64,000 nucleotides of DNA from Eledone cirrhosa (Eukaryota), in NCBI GenBank assembly GCA_964016885.1, contig OZ024747.1, positions 12,152,001 through 12,216,000 of the forward strand. The letters are read 5' to 3'. Shown piece after piece: positions 11,783-25,513 of the stretch. Both the position numbers and the translations under genes were made by a program. A model generated the notes under the pieces. It saw nothing but the letters and a program-made list of their open reading frames with translations, was not told the origin of the DNA and made no database searches. Every line of letters begins with the position of its first letter. Position 1 is the first letter of the stretch.

Positions 11783-12832
11783 CTACACAATGAGAAAATG
11801 GGGTCTAGTGGTAATAATAGACTGTGGGAGGTTATAGAGACTGTGTGGGACTGGGGATAACAATAGGGGGACATTTAACAGTTATGTAGAGTTAACAACA
11901 GTGGGCAGGTTAACAAGAGGAAAACATTTAACAACAGTTATGTAGGGCTAACAACAGTGGGAGGGCTAACAACAGTGGGAAGGTTAACAACAGGGAGAAG
12001 GTTAACAACAATGTAAGATTGACAACAGGAGGAATTAACGGGGTTATTTAATAGGGGGGGGGGGGGTTAAAAACAGGTAACATGGACAGTTAACAGTGGG
12101 AGAGAGGGTAACAAATGGTGATTGGGCAACAACAGTAAAGCACTGTCGGGGTATTTTCTCTGCCCTGGGTCACTACCCAGTATAAATAGGGACTCACTTT
12201 GACTGCCTACCACTACTAATTACTAACTAGTATATAACTAGTATAATACAGTCAGTAAATAAATGTTTGGTTATTACCACTACTAATTACTAACTAGTAT
12301 AACTAGTATAATATAGTCAGTGAATGAATATGTTTATTAGACAAAATAACATATCTTGTGAGATGACATTTACTCAAGTTACCATTTAGACGTGTGTGTG
12401 GTCGGTGTGTAGTATATAGCCGGGGAAAACAGACGGAAAATGATATGACTAATAGAGTTGGTATCAGGGAGAACATCCAGCTGTAAAACAGTTTCAAATC
12501 ATCACATCCGAGATTAAGCTGACCTCCTACATATGTTGTATATCATAGGTTTCATGGGTGTTTTAATGATACTGATACTTGTCCTATCATAAAATATAAC
12601 AAAAAATTGAGTGTCTTGCCCAAGACTACAATACACTGAGTGTCTTGCCCAAGACTACAATGCACTGCCTTGTACAGGCATTGAATCCATGACCTTATGA
12701 TTATAAATCCAACACTAACCAACAGGCCAAGTGGTAAATACACACACACATATATAAACACACACACAATAAATATTTGTTCTACGGATACTGAGAGAGA
12801 GAGAGAGATAGAGATAGAGAGAGAGAGAAATG

Positions 12833-12999
12833 AGTAGGACCCCGACAGCTGAGCTCAAGCCGTTTCGATGGCTAATTAGCCGTCGAAACGGCTTGACCTC
12901 AGCCGTCGGGGTCCTACTTGTTCCTATTACACACTCTGCTACCCTACATATTGAGTACTTTGATGCGTTATGGTCCATCTGGTTCCTTACCACATTTCC
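12833..12999 (+). mobile_element. Fold-back element (86-bp palindrome plus tail), Penelope-like end with a partial hammerhead-like motif; a half copy lies at ~15-52
   Basis: agtaggaccccgac...ggctaattagcc...gtcggggtcctact palindrome at 12833-12918; right arm reads GAAACGGC-ttgacctca-GCCGTC. Confidence 0.55.
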
Positions 13000-13442
13000 T
13001 TTGTTATATCATCATCATCATCATCATCATCGTTTAACGTCCATCTTCCACACTTGCATGGGTTTGGACGAGAGTTTTCCCACTTGAGGCAAGATTGGTT
13101 GTCCTGCTTGTATAGAACTGTCTGTATATATATATATATATATACAATACAATCCTTACTGAGCCCGCTTCAGATTTTGGTCTTTGTATTTATTTATTAT
13201 ACACACACATTTATATATATATCATCATCATTTTTACGTCCACTTTTCCCTGCTTGCAAGGGTGGGACGGGAACTGATTCTGGCTTGATTTCTACAGCTG
13301 GATGCCCTTCCTAACACCAACCTCATTTACACTGAGTGCTGGGTGCTTTTTTCTGTGGCACCTACACGACCACTCTGCAGTGGAATGATAGGAACCCCAG
13401 TCCCTATCATCTCATTTCTACAGCTGAGTAAATTATTATATA

Positions 13443-13970
<528 letters not shown>

Positions 13971-14137
13971 TATAATCATGTTTAACATCTTTCCACGCTT
14001 GCACGGGTTAGATGGACTGTCCACATTAAGAGAGAAGACTGGACAGTTTGCTGTACCGTACCTTTGCTCAAATGGAACAACTGTATCTTGACTGGGTTTT
14101 TTTTTTTACAGCTGGATGCCCTTCCTAACACCAAGCT

Positions 14138-14174
<37 letters not shown>

Positions 14175-14180
<6 letters not shown>

Positions 14181-14384
14181 TAAAATAACAGATTAAAGTT
14201 TAAGCAAAGAGTCGCTGCTTTCACCCTTAACGAGAAGATCCCGTTAAGGGTGAAAGCAGCGATTCTTTGCTTAAACTTTAATCTGTTATTTTAATAAATA
14301 TTTGCACTAGGGTTCTTATATATTTGATATATATTTATCCTTAACGAGCCCTCTTTGGATTTTAGTCTTCAAATTTATTATTAT

Positions 14385-14388
<4 letters not shown>
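14175..14388. mobile_element. (TA)n-embedded fold-back element of the same family as 49541-50270
   Basis: ttattaaaataacagattaaagtttaagcaaaga...cacccttaacg / cgttaagggtg...ctgttattttaataa inverted arms; tail shared with 49541-49630. Confidence 0.7.
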
Positions 14389-14433
<45 letters not shown>

Positions 14434-16059
14434 CATACATATATATACCTTTCCCCCTTTGTATTTGTCTCCTCCTTTTGTGCCCCTGTGGCTAATAAAG
14501 AAACATATCTCTATTATCATCATAATTTAATATCTGTTTTTCCTGGACCAACACTCACAAACACACACACAAGCTCACACACTCACTCACACACAAACAA
14601 ACACACACACCCACACCCACACACTAACACATGTGACTTGAAGCATGTTTGGGCAAAGCACAATTGATCTTGATAGTAATCAATCATTATGTTATGGTGA
14701 ACAAAAGATGTAAAACTGTATAGCAGCTGTGGTGTTGGTGGTGGTTGTAGTAGTAGTAGTGCCGGTAGCAGTGGTGGTAGTAGTAGTAGCAATAGTAGTA
14801 GTGATAGTAGCAATAGTAGTAGTAGCAATAGTAGTACTGGTAGTAGATATAGTAGTAGTAGCAGTGGTAGTGGTGGTGGTGGTAGTGGTAGTAGTAGTAG
14901 TAACAATAGTAGTAGTTATAGTAGCAATAGTAGTAGTGGTGGTGGTGGTAGTAGTAGCAGTAGTAGTAGCAATAGTAGTAGTGGTAGTGGTGGTGGTAGT
15001 AGTAGCAGTAGTAGTAGTAGCAATAGTAGTAGTGGTAGTAACAATAGTAGTAGTGGTGGTAGTAGCAATAGTAGTAGTAGTAGCAGTGGTAGTGGTAGTA
15101 GTAGTAGTAGCAGCAGCAGTGGTGGTAGTAGCAGTAGTAGTAGTAGCAGCAGTTTTGATACTAGAAACATTGTTTTATTGATGAAATAATAGAGTAATAG
15201 ATGTGTAATGTTAGTGTGTAATGTTTACACAGGGATGTGTAATGTTTACATATGGATGTGTAATGTTAGTGTGTAATGTTTACACATGGATCTGTAATGT
15301 TAGTGTGTAATGTTTACACATGGATATACATCCATTAGTGTGTGTCTTTATGTGGATATATAGTGTGTAATAAATGTATAATGTTATTGTGTAATGTTTA
15401 CACATTGTAATGTTTACACATTGATGTGTAATGTTAATGTGTATGAATGACGGAACACAGATGAGTTGATAGAAAACTGTGTATAAGAGGAATCAGATGA
15501 ACTGTAGAGGAGAGAGGGCCGGGGTGTCAATTGGTTAAAGAAATGTCAAACTCCTTGAAGTTGATAGAACCCATGAAAAATCACCAAGTTATCAGTTTTA
15601 TATTAAATAAATTACCGAAATAAAGATATTTGTAAAGATCCAATGGAAACACTATCTTAGCAGCTGTAAATTTTGTTTTATTTTACAAAACACCTTACAA
15701 ACATTAACAAATATATATATTGAAACAAAAAAAAAAAAAAAAAAGGATTTGTTGACTAAAATTTGTCAGAGTTCAAATGGTGCAACATATTGTAAGGAAA
15801 CTAACTCATAACATCCTGAAATGATTTAGCAGAAAATATCTAAAAATATGTTTGTTAATTCAAATGTTTGTAGTACATTTACTAGTGGACAGATCATTGA
15901 GAAAATTTGCAGTAAACTAAAGATAAATATTTTATGGGATGCAGTCATACTGCAATGATACGTTGTTATTTTGTACTTTTTCAAGAATGTCTTGCTAATA
16001 TGTTTTCATGTGGTAGAGGATGTTAAGAGTTAATAAAACATATATATTAATATATTTAC

Positions 16060-16182
16060 CTTAGCAGCAACAATACTTAGTCCTATACTTCCTTTCACCT
16101 TCTCAAAGATAACCTCTACTATTTCAGGTTCTGGTGGTAGATCATCTGGGTGTGGTACATGTCCTGCTTCCTTCTGGTGAAG
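16060..16182 (-). CDS. AFDN: Afadin exon, start of PDZ domain (betaA-betaB)
   Basis: ttatttcag|CTTCACCAG...GCTAAG|gtaaat; 123 nt, phase 0-0; LHQKEAGHVPHPDDLPPEPEIVEVIFEKVKGSIGLSIVAAK (cf. afadin EPEIITVTLKKQNGMGLSIVAAK); the rest of the PDZ domain was not found in the window. Confidence 0.93.
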
Positions 16183-16533
16183 CTGAAATAAAAATAAATA
16201 TTTAGTTAGAATTACCTATTTCTTAACCATTCTGATGCCATCCATCCATCCAGCCAGCCAGCTAACCAGAAACCACCCTTGGTTCTATGATACAAAGACA
16301 TTTGGTTTGAAGTGTTTATATTTTAATTTAAACCTTCAATCATAATTTTATGTAAACAATTTTTGTTATGTTCCAAACACCAGCTTAATAATTGTTTCTA
16401 CTTTAGGCTCAAGGCCAGCAATTACCCAGTGCACTACTGGTACTTTATTTTATCGACCCCATAAGGATGAAAGGCAAAGTCAACCTCGGCGGGATTTGAA
16501 CTCAGATCGTAAAGGGACGTAACTATGCTGGAA

Positions 16534-16843
16534 AGCATGGCGTCTGACCCTCTACTGATACTGCCAATCCACCGCCCTAGCATGGCGTCCGACCCTCTAC
16601 TGATACTGCCAATCCACCGCCCTAGCATGGCGTCCGACCCTCTACCGATACTGCCAATCCACCGCCCTAGCATGGCGTCCGACCCTCTACCGATACTGCC
16701 AATCCACCGCCCTAGCATGGCGTCCGACCCTCTACCGATACTGCCAATCCACCGCCCTAGCATGGCGTCCGACCCTCTACCGATACTGCCAATCCACCGC
16801 CCTAGCATGGCGTCCGACCCTCTACTGATACTGCCAATCCACA
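16534..16843. repeat. 45-bp tandem amplification of a SINE tRNA-head segment (~7 copies)
   Basis: agcatggcgtccgaccctctaccgatactgccaatccaccgccct repeated within a minus-strand SINE. Confidence 0.9.
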
Positions 16844-18970
16844 CCCGCTTAATAATGAAAATATAATTCATGATTATTTTCAAAATGAATTGAGAATCAA
16901 TGGCAGTGAATTTCATTAAAAAAGATGGTAATGAAAGAGTCCCCCATGTTAACATGTTTCTGTGGTGGCAGGCTAACAAAAAAGATAAATATCAAACTCT
17001 TCTTGGATTCAAGATAAAAATAGAGAAGCAGGGATGGAATAAAATATAATGCACAGGGGACCTGCATCTTACATACTCAAATGGTTCTCCAGCCCCTGTC
17101 ACATTAGTAAAAACCACGTATGTTCAAGACCCATAGATAATTGTTTCTACTTTTGGCACAAGGCCAGTAATTATCCCAGTGTATTACTGGTACTTTATTT
17201 TATCGACCCTGTAAGGATGAAAGGCAAAGTTAACCTCGGCAGGATTTGAACTCAGTTCGTAAAGGGACGTAACTGTGCTGGAAAGCATGGCGTCTACTGA
17301 TACTGCCAATCCACAACAACAATAATAATAATAATAACAAACAGAAAAAACCATGTACATCAATGTTTTTAAAGGGTTCTCTGGAAGTTAAGAAATCCCA
17401 AAGTTCTATGATATGAAGTTTTATCTTAAATTGGTTTAAATCTTTATCTAGAAGTCTCCCATCAGAATCTTATAGAAAAAAAACTGGCCTTATGTTATGT
17501 TCCAAACAAGAATAATGAGAAAGTTATATTACTAATTCCCTCTAAATGTTTTATTATTTTGAAAATTATTTTTAAATCATAGACAGTCTCATTAGAAATA
17601 TGGCAATGAAAGGGTTAAAGACATAGACAGTCTCATTAGAAATATGGCAATGAAAGGGTTAAACATTTTAAAGCTTTTTTTTTTAAATTTATTTTTTATA
17701 TTTAACAAATGACCACATATGTTCAAAGCTGCAATATTTTAAGATGTGGGTTGGGATTGGGGAAAGGGTGGGGCAGTGGAAGTAAAGAATATAACAACAA
17801 CAACAATAAACAATGAATATATCACTATGAAGTGTTAGTTTCAGGTCATGAAGTGATTCTTCTAGAAATGTTACCAAAATTTACATGAACTTACATTATG
17901 GAAAACATGGTGACAGCAGACAGATGGAGATCTTCTGGTGTATTAATTAGTTCCAATTAGACAATAGACAGTGATAAGGTATGGAGGAGAGTAGTACTGG
18001 TAGTGGCTTTGGTGGTGATGACAGTGGTGGTGGTGGTGTTGGTGGTGGTGGTGGTGGTGACAGGTAGTGAAGGTGGTGGTGGTGTTGGTGATGACAGGTA
18101 GTGAAGGTGGTGGTGGTAATGACAGAGGTAGTGATGGTGGTGGTGGTGGTGATGACAGAGGTAGTGAAGGTGGTGGTGGTGTGTGATGATGGTGGTGGTG
18201 TTGGTGGTGGTGCTGATAGCAGTGATAGTAAAGATGGTAAAGAGGGGGAGGAGTTTTGAGTGATGGTGGTGGTAGTAGGTGATGATGGTGGCGGTGGTGG
18301 TGGGTGGTGGTGGATGATGGTGGCGGTGGTGGTGGGTGGTGGTGGATGATAATGGCGATGGCAGTGGTGACAGTGGGAGGAGCGTTGGCAGTAGTATGAA
18401 ATGTAGAGGGGAAGTGGTAGGGTTACAAAACAACAACAACAAAAACAGCAATAACAGTGTCATGATATTAAGAAAACAGATCTATTAAATCACCTTCTCC
18501 TGGGAGCTGCCAACTCCAGCACTACCACCACCACCACCACCACCCCAAATACCATCAGCAGCACTATCACAAGCATCATCACCATAAGCAGCACCACCAC
18601 TAGAGAAATAGAGCAGACCAACCAACCAACTCATCAACCCACCAGCCAGCCCACCATCCGACCATCCAACCCATCAACCAGCACACCAACCAACCCACCA
18701 ACCAGCCAACCCACCAACTCACCAACCAGCCAACCCACCAGCCCATCAACCAGCCCACCATCTAACCATCCAACCCACCAGCCAGCCAATCAACCAGCCC
18801 ACCATCCGACCCATCAACCAGCCCACCATCTAACCATCTAACCATCCAACCCACCAACCATCCAACCCACCAACCATCCAACCCATCAACCAGCCCACCA
18901 TCCAACCATCCAACCAACCATCACTAGAGCTTCAACATTGTGTGAGGTATGACATGACAAGGTACCTTAC

Positions 18971-18976
18971 TTTGTG
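18971..18976 (-). CDS. AFDN: Weak candidate 6-nt microexon (HK) between the DIL and PDZ exons
   Basis: gtcttctgttctatatcaacacaatggtgttattacag|CACAAA|gtaagg; 3n length in a phase-0 intron; a chance match cannot be excluded. Confidence 0.3.
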
Positions 18977-20463
18977 CTGTAATAACACCATTGTGTTGAT
19001 ATAGAACAGAAGACATGTTTGGCGTCTACTGACACTAGAATGGTGGTCGCAGTGGAGGTGGGTGAGAGAGAGAGAGAAGGGGAGCGAGAGATAGAAAGAG
19101 GTGGTGGTGGTGGTAGAGAAAGAGAGCGAGAGATAGGAAGAGGTGGTGGTGGTGGTGGTAGAGAAAGAGAGCGAGAGATAAGAAGAGGTGGTGGTGGTGG
19201 TAGAGAAAGAGAGCGAGAGATAAGAAGAAATGATGAAGGAGGTGGAGATAGTTAGGAAGAAGAGTGACAGTTCAATTTACCACCCACTACTACTACTACC
19301 ACCACCACCCACTACTATTACCACCATCATCACCACCATCAACAATCTTCCACAACTATCATCACTACCACCATCAACCTTCCACCATATTATCTATCTC
19401 TTGTTGTCAAACCACTAGGTTACAAGACATAAACAAACAGTAAACACACACACACACACACACGACAGGCTTCTACCCAGTTTCTATCTACCAAATTTTA
19501 CTTACAAGACATTTATCAACCCAAGGCCACAAGGTGCCATACACAGCGCGACTGAAACCCAAACCACATGGACAGAAGCTAACTCATTAACCACACAACA
19601 ATGCCTTGTATTTATTTTAAAAGATTTCTTACACAGGTGTGAAGCCATGTGGAATCAATAGCATTTATGCCTCTCCAAATGTCCTGCACACATCAAAGAT
19701 ACATTATATACACACACACACACACACACATCAAAGATACATTAATATATACACACATACACACACAATGTCCTGATCTCTTTTATAAATAAGCAACAAG
19801 GTTTTTAACTCTTTAGCATTTAAACCGGTCATATCTGGCCAGAATTCCCTCACCTCTTTCTGTTCAAACCGACTGTAACCAGCTGCTCATACTGATGTTA
19901 AGGTATTGTTCTCAAAATAAATAACATCAAAACCTCAGATTCAATATCATCTGAGATAATTAGGTGAGGTAAACCCTTTACTGTGAAAATACAATAGTAA
20001 ATATAGAGTAATGTAAATGCTAAAGGGTTTAAGGCCATATTTCCCTGCTAAAACAGGAGTTAGCCTTATAAACCCCATGAGAGATTTCATACTAAAACAT
20101 TTGAAGCAAAGTTTACAGCAAGATGTCCTTCCTAATGCCAATCCTTTAAATTACCTCTTACTACATACAGTGGTGCATTGTCCCCTCTTCTGCACTGGAT
20201 AAACACAGTATTTCTTTCATAAACATCTTAACATATATTCTTACTAACATTGACATTGTGGCACTAATCACATCAAACTCTGCCATCACTCAATGTACAC
20301 ATACTTCTCTTTCATTGAGAGAGAGAGAGAGAGAGAGAGATAGACAATGAGAGGGAAACAGAAGGTGAGAGAGAGAGAGAGAGAAAGAGTAAGAGAAACA
20401 AGAAAGATATATTCATATACATACATTGCTCTTTTACTACTCTCTATTACTGATATAGGCAAG

Positions 20464-20495
<32 letters not shown>

Positions 20496-20977
20496 AAATT
20501 CCTCCTTTTGCCCCCCCCCCCCCTCTATATATATAAATAAATAAATATATATATATAGATATATATATATATGTATATATACACACACACACACCGTTGC
20601 ACATTCAATCTCTTCCACCCCTTTAATTCCTTTCCTCTCTTTGACCCCCCCCCCATTCGCTCCCCTCACACCACCACTCCACATTATTTTAATCACTACA
20701 CACACAAGATTAAACATGTTTTGATACAGCCACAACAACAAAAACCAACCTTGATTGACTCTCTGCCCACCTTACCCACCTATCCTCACCTCTTCTATTA
20801 TGTAATGTCTCCCTTAACCTCTCACCTGTCCAATCAGTCTTCATCCTCCTCATCCCCTATTTCTTCTCCCCCCTCTCTCTCTCCCTCCCTTCTTCCTACA
20901 TTCAAAGCCAATAACACTTCACTTGGCTGATGGCTCTCTTATTGAAAGTTGTATCAACATCTCATTCATTTTGCTTT

Positions 20978-21850
20978 CAAGTAGATGGTCTCTCAGCTTA
21001 ATCAAACTCAGTACACTCCAACACACACACACTTCACTCAATACACACACACACCTCACTCACCACAAGTAGATGGTCTCTCAGCTTAATCAAACTCAGT
21101 ACACTCCAACACACACACACACTTCACTCAATACACACACACACCTCACTCACCACAAGTAGATGGTCTCTCAGCTTAATCAAACTCAGTACACTCCAAC
21201 ACACACTTCACTCAATACACACACACACCTCACTCACCACAAGTAGATGGTCTCTCAGCTTAATCAAACTCAGTACACTCCAACACACACACACTTCACT
21301 CAATACACACACACACCTCACTCACCACAAGTAGATGGTCTCTCATCTTAATCAAACTCAGTACACTCCAACACACACACACTTCACTCAATACACACAC
21401 ACACCTCACTCACTACAAGTAGATGGTCTCTCAGCTTAATCAAACTCAGTACACTCCAACACACACACACTTCACTCAATACACACACACCTCACTCACC
21501 ACAAGTAGATGGTCTCTCAGCTTAATCAAACTCAGTACACTCCAACACACACACACTTCACTCAATACACACACACACCTCACTCACCACAAGTAGATGG
21601 TCTCTCAGCTTAATCAAACTCAGTACACTCCAACACACACACACTTCACTCAACACACACACACTTCACTCAACACACACACACTTCACTCAACACACAC
21701 ACACTTCACTCAACACACACACACACCTCACTCACCACTCACCACAAGTAGATGGTCTCTCAGCTTAATCAAACTCAGTACACTCCAACACACACACACT
21801 TCACTCAACACACACACTTCACTCAATACACACACCTCACTCACCACACA
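20978..21850. repeat. Minisatellite, ~65-bp unit with variable (CA)n
   Basis: caagtagatggtctctcagcttaatcaaactcagtacactccaacac...cactcacca repeated ~11 times. Confidence 0.92.
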
Positions 21851-22362
21851 CACTCACATTCACACACACACTCTCCCTCTTCAAATTCAACCACTAATTT
21901 TTAATTGATCCAAATCTCCCAACTTTTACAGACTGTCCATAATCAATCTTATCTAGATTATCATCATCATCATCAACTTAATGGTTTCTTATATAGGCAC
22001 GAGGCCAGTAATTTTGGGGGAGGGGAAAGTCGTACTTTATTTTATCAACCCCCGTAAGGATGAAAGACAAAGTTAACCTCAGCAAGATTTGAACTCAGAT
22101 CATAAAGGGCCGTAACTCTATGCTGCAAAGCATGGCGTCCGACCCTCTACCGATACTGCCAATCCACCGCCCTATCATCAACTTAATAATGGAAAACTTG
22201 TTAGTAATGCTATTAAATCTTTCCAAATTCTTAACTTTCAGAATTATAAGGAAATGTCTTTCAGTAAAAATATACCATCAACAGGTACAACAGGTACAAC
22301 AGGTACAAATATATACAACAGGTACAACAGGTACAAACATATAAACAATTTCAAATATTTAC

Positions 22363-22797
22363 CTCATTAAGTCTTGGTCCTTGCTGGTCAACCCCGGCCA
22401 TAAACACTGTCCATAGACCTTTAGAACTGGGCTGAGGCATAAAACGACAAACACCATTCCTAATAAATGGTTCAAGGAAATCAGGTAAGCCGTTGGGTAC
22501 ACCTCGGATGATGTCACAAGAATAACCATCCTCTGGTAGCAGAAATGGTAACTGCAGCTCTCGGTCTTCTTCCAGTTTTATTTCGTTGCCATCAGAATGA
22601 GCGAGATCATCGGCCATATTCCTGGCTACAGCCACCACACGGTCAATCAATGACTGTGGGATGCGGGGTTCATTATCCTCTGGGATGTAGTTCTGTAACA
22701 GTGCTTGTACCTGTAGTGAGTTCAGCTTGAAGCAGGTGGAACTGATGTTTGCAATGTCGTCATTGTTGTTTTTTGGAGCTTGCAGTAAGTGGGCAGC
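22363..22797 (-). CDS. AFDN: Afadin exon, end of DIL domain and post-DIL region
   Basis: tttctag|GCTGCCCAC...AATGAG|gtaaat; 435 nt, phase 0-0; AAHLLQAPKNNNDDIANISSTCFKLNSLQVQALLQNY...LEEDRELQLPFLLPEDGYSCDIIRGVPNGL. Confidence 0.97.
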
Positions 22798-23531
22798 CTA
22801 GAAATAAGTGGTTCACAAAATAATTAAACAAAAACAATACTAACAAGTCATACTTGACCAATTACATTACAACAATTTCAATAAGAGTATCACCACTGTA
22901 ATCTGAAAAGTTATCCATAAGGAGGGGCTGAAAATACATCCAGTGCACTCCAAGGTCCTCACTGAGGAAGTTGTTCAGAGATCAGCACACAACAACAACA
23001 ACATATGCACACTAACTGTTCCATCAACAATGCAGACATCTGCCTGAGGTCATACATAGTGTACAAATAAAGTAGCTTGTATAATTGTCCATAAGCTGCA
23101 CAAACATTTTTTTATGTACAGTGGGTTATGTAGTTTTTTTTGTAGAGTATGTGGTTCAGGACAAAATAAGAAGAGTGAGTTGATTTCAAATGTTTATATT
23201 TATTTTAAAAACTTACATTGTAACCTTTTATCAAGTTCATCACGAGAAACTAATATTATAAAATCACTCTAAATTCTTGGTTATTTTAAAAATTATTTGA
23301 AAATTATAGTTAAGGGTGGTGATCTAGCATGGCCTCAGCTAGATGGCTGGAACAAGTAAAAGAGTAAAAGAGTGTCTTCCATTAAAAATATGCTAACCAA
23401 AGAGTTAAGAGAAAGTAATGAGAGTAATGGCTAAGAAATATATTTCACAACCATGTGGTTCCAATTTTCTTCTCACTGCAAGACAGACAGTTGTAGAAAT
23501 TTACAGTGGAGCAAGAATTCAAAGAACATAC

Positions 23532-23833
23532 CTGTATGATACGACACAGGTGACAATCAGCAGCCAATTCCAGTCCTTGCTTCTCAGCCCAGGCTTCCAC
23601 TTTACCAAGGCGACGCTTCAGTATAATACCCCATCGACGAGTGCAGAGATTGAACTGTGGCTTCTGAATTATCAGGTTGAACAACCACATATTGACAAAA
23701 TGGAAGAGCTGAGAAAACAGCTGGATTGTAAGTGCTGCATTCACACGACAACGTCTCAGGAGGTTCATGGCCGCTGTCAGTGTACGAAGGACGTCTCCCA
23801 GTGTCGGTTGATTCTTCTGTCTGTAGCCAGGTT
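23532..23833 (-). CDS. AFDN: Afadin exon, DIL domain
   Basis: gtttcag|AACCTGGC...ATACAG|gtatgt; 302 nt, phase 1 to 0; DVLRTLTAAMNLLRRCRVNAALTIQLFSQLFHFVNMWLFN...EAWAEKQGLELAADCHLCRIIQ. Confidence 0.97.
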
Positions 23834-24735
23834 CTGAAACCATAGAAGGACATCATCATCATCATCAGAAATAAATTACATATTTTAGCAATTTCAGAAA
23901 AAACATAAATGGAAACAAAAAAAATCAAAAAAAAAAAAAAAAAAAAAAAAATCAAGAATTTAAAGAAATTTTTATATTTACATCCAAATCAAAATAATTG
24001 CACGAGAAAAGAAGTTATTTTATAAAATTGCTCCAAATTCTAGATTATTTTCTAAATTATTTAAAGATCATAGGCAATGACCTCTATTGAAATATAACAA
24101 GTCATGAGATTAAGAAATTCAAAAAATTACAAAAACACACACACGCAATTAACAAATAACTATAATAGATTCTAGAATTCAATGTATTTCATTGACGATC
24201 CTGAACTATCTGACATTGTCTAACCAATATGTCTATCCCTTCACAGTCTCTACTTCTAACCCCTAAATTAACCTAACATCCTTACAACCTATACTGTTAT
24301 ATACATATATATATATATATATATACAGAAGACCCACCTTGCCTATGTACAAAGCGAAATCTAGAGTCAGTAGGCACCTCTTAACCAAATATACACCCCA
24401 ATCCACTACCCCTACCCTATCCTCCCACTCCCACCAACACCACCCTCTCTCTGTAAAGTTGGTACCACAACATCCAGTCCAAATAAATGAGATAATGAGA
24501 TCGAGAAAAAAAAACAGTCCACGCTGTAATGTGGCTGTGTAGGTAACACGGTAAAAAGCTCCCAGTCCCACACTGTAAATGTGGTTGGTGTTAGGAAGGG
24601 CATCTAGCCATAGAAAACTTGCCAGATAGTCCTATATGAGCAAGACACGGTCACCCGACCAACCTTGCCTCAAGTGGGACAACTACCGTCTAACCCATGC
24701 TAGCGTGGAAGATGGACGTTAAACGAAGATGATGA

Positions 24736-24776
<41 letters not shown>

Positions 24777-25155
24777 CAGCTATATAAATATATAATGTGG
24801 GTAATAATAAATATTACCCAATTACAAGTATGAAAATAGCTCAATGTAAAATAACAAATATAGTACAGAGCTGAAATACAATGTAAATGATCGTAAGTGA
24901 TTAAATGTTTTATGGAGGCACATGGCTTAGTGGTTAGAGCATTGGCCTTGCAATTGAAAGGTTGGGAGTTCAATTCTCAGACCAGGTGATGTGTTGTTTC
25001 CTTGAGCAAGACACTTTATTTCACATTGCTCCAGTTTACTCAGCTGTAGAAATCGAGCCAGAATCAGTTCCCGTCCCACCCTTGACAGCAGGGAAAAAGC
25101 GGACGTAAAATGAAATGAAATGATGAAACACTCTTTGATTGTCATTTCCATTTAT

Positions 25156-25196
<41 letters not shown>

Positions 25197-25269
25197 GTGT
25201 GTGTGTGCGTGCGTATATATGTATGCATTATTCATTAATTAATTGAAAGTTAAGCGTTCGAAGCCATAC

Positions 25270-25513
25270 CTGGAACACTGAAGTCGTCATCTTCCACAGA
25301 ATCGTCGTCATTTACGAAAGCTGGCATTGTGTGACTGAGGTCAAAGTGTAAACAGTTCACGAGATGATGGAATGCCATTTGAACAGATTCAGCCAATGTG
25401 TCTTGTGCTTCACGGCTAAATAGTCGAATGTCTTGGTCTTGCTTCAGAAAATTTAAGATTTCTGATGCATTTGCCATCCAGAAAGCAAGTGCTGCTGGGT
25501 CTTCACTTCTCTC
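25270..25513 (-). CDS. AFDN: Afadin exon, dilute (DIL) region
   Basis: ctgtag|GAGAGAAG...GTTCCAG|gtatgg; 244 nt, phase 0 to 1; ERSEDPAALAFWMANASEILNFLKQDQDIRLFSREAQDTLAESVQMAFHHLVNCL... Confidence 0.96.

Noticed and set aside
14583-15181. Poly-V/L/H/G/T ORFs (also 29095-29508, 34463-35197, 39619-40951, 51366-51900)
   Set aside because: These are trinucleotide microsatellites with no splice context.
17895-17934. Exon-like unit ending AT|GTAAGT
   Set aside because: 40 nt, no pyrimidine tract, in-frame stop.
24338-24360. 23-nt exon-like unit ending AAG|GTGGGT
   Set aside because: Not 3n, weak acceptor context, and no compensating exon found.
24917-24990. tRNA-like sequence
   Set aside because: It is the head of a multi-copy SINE; there is no complete cloverleaf or tRNA 3' end.
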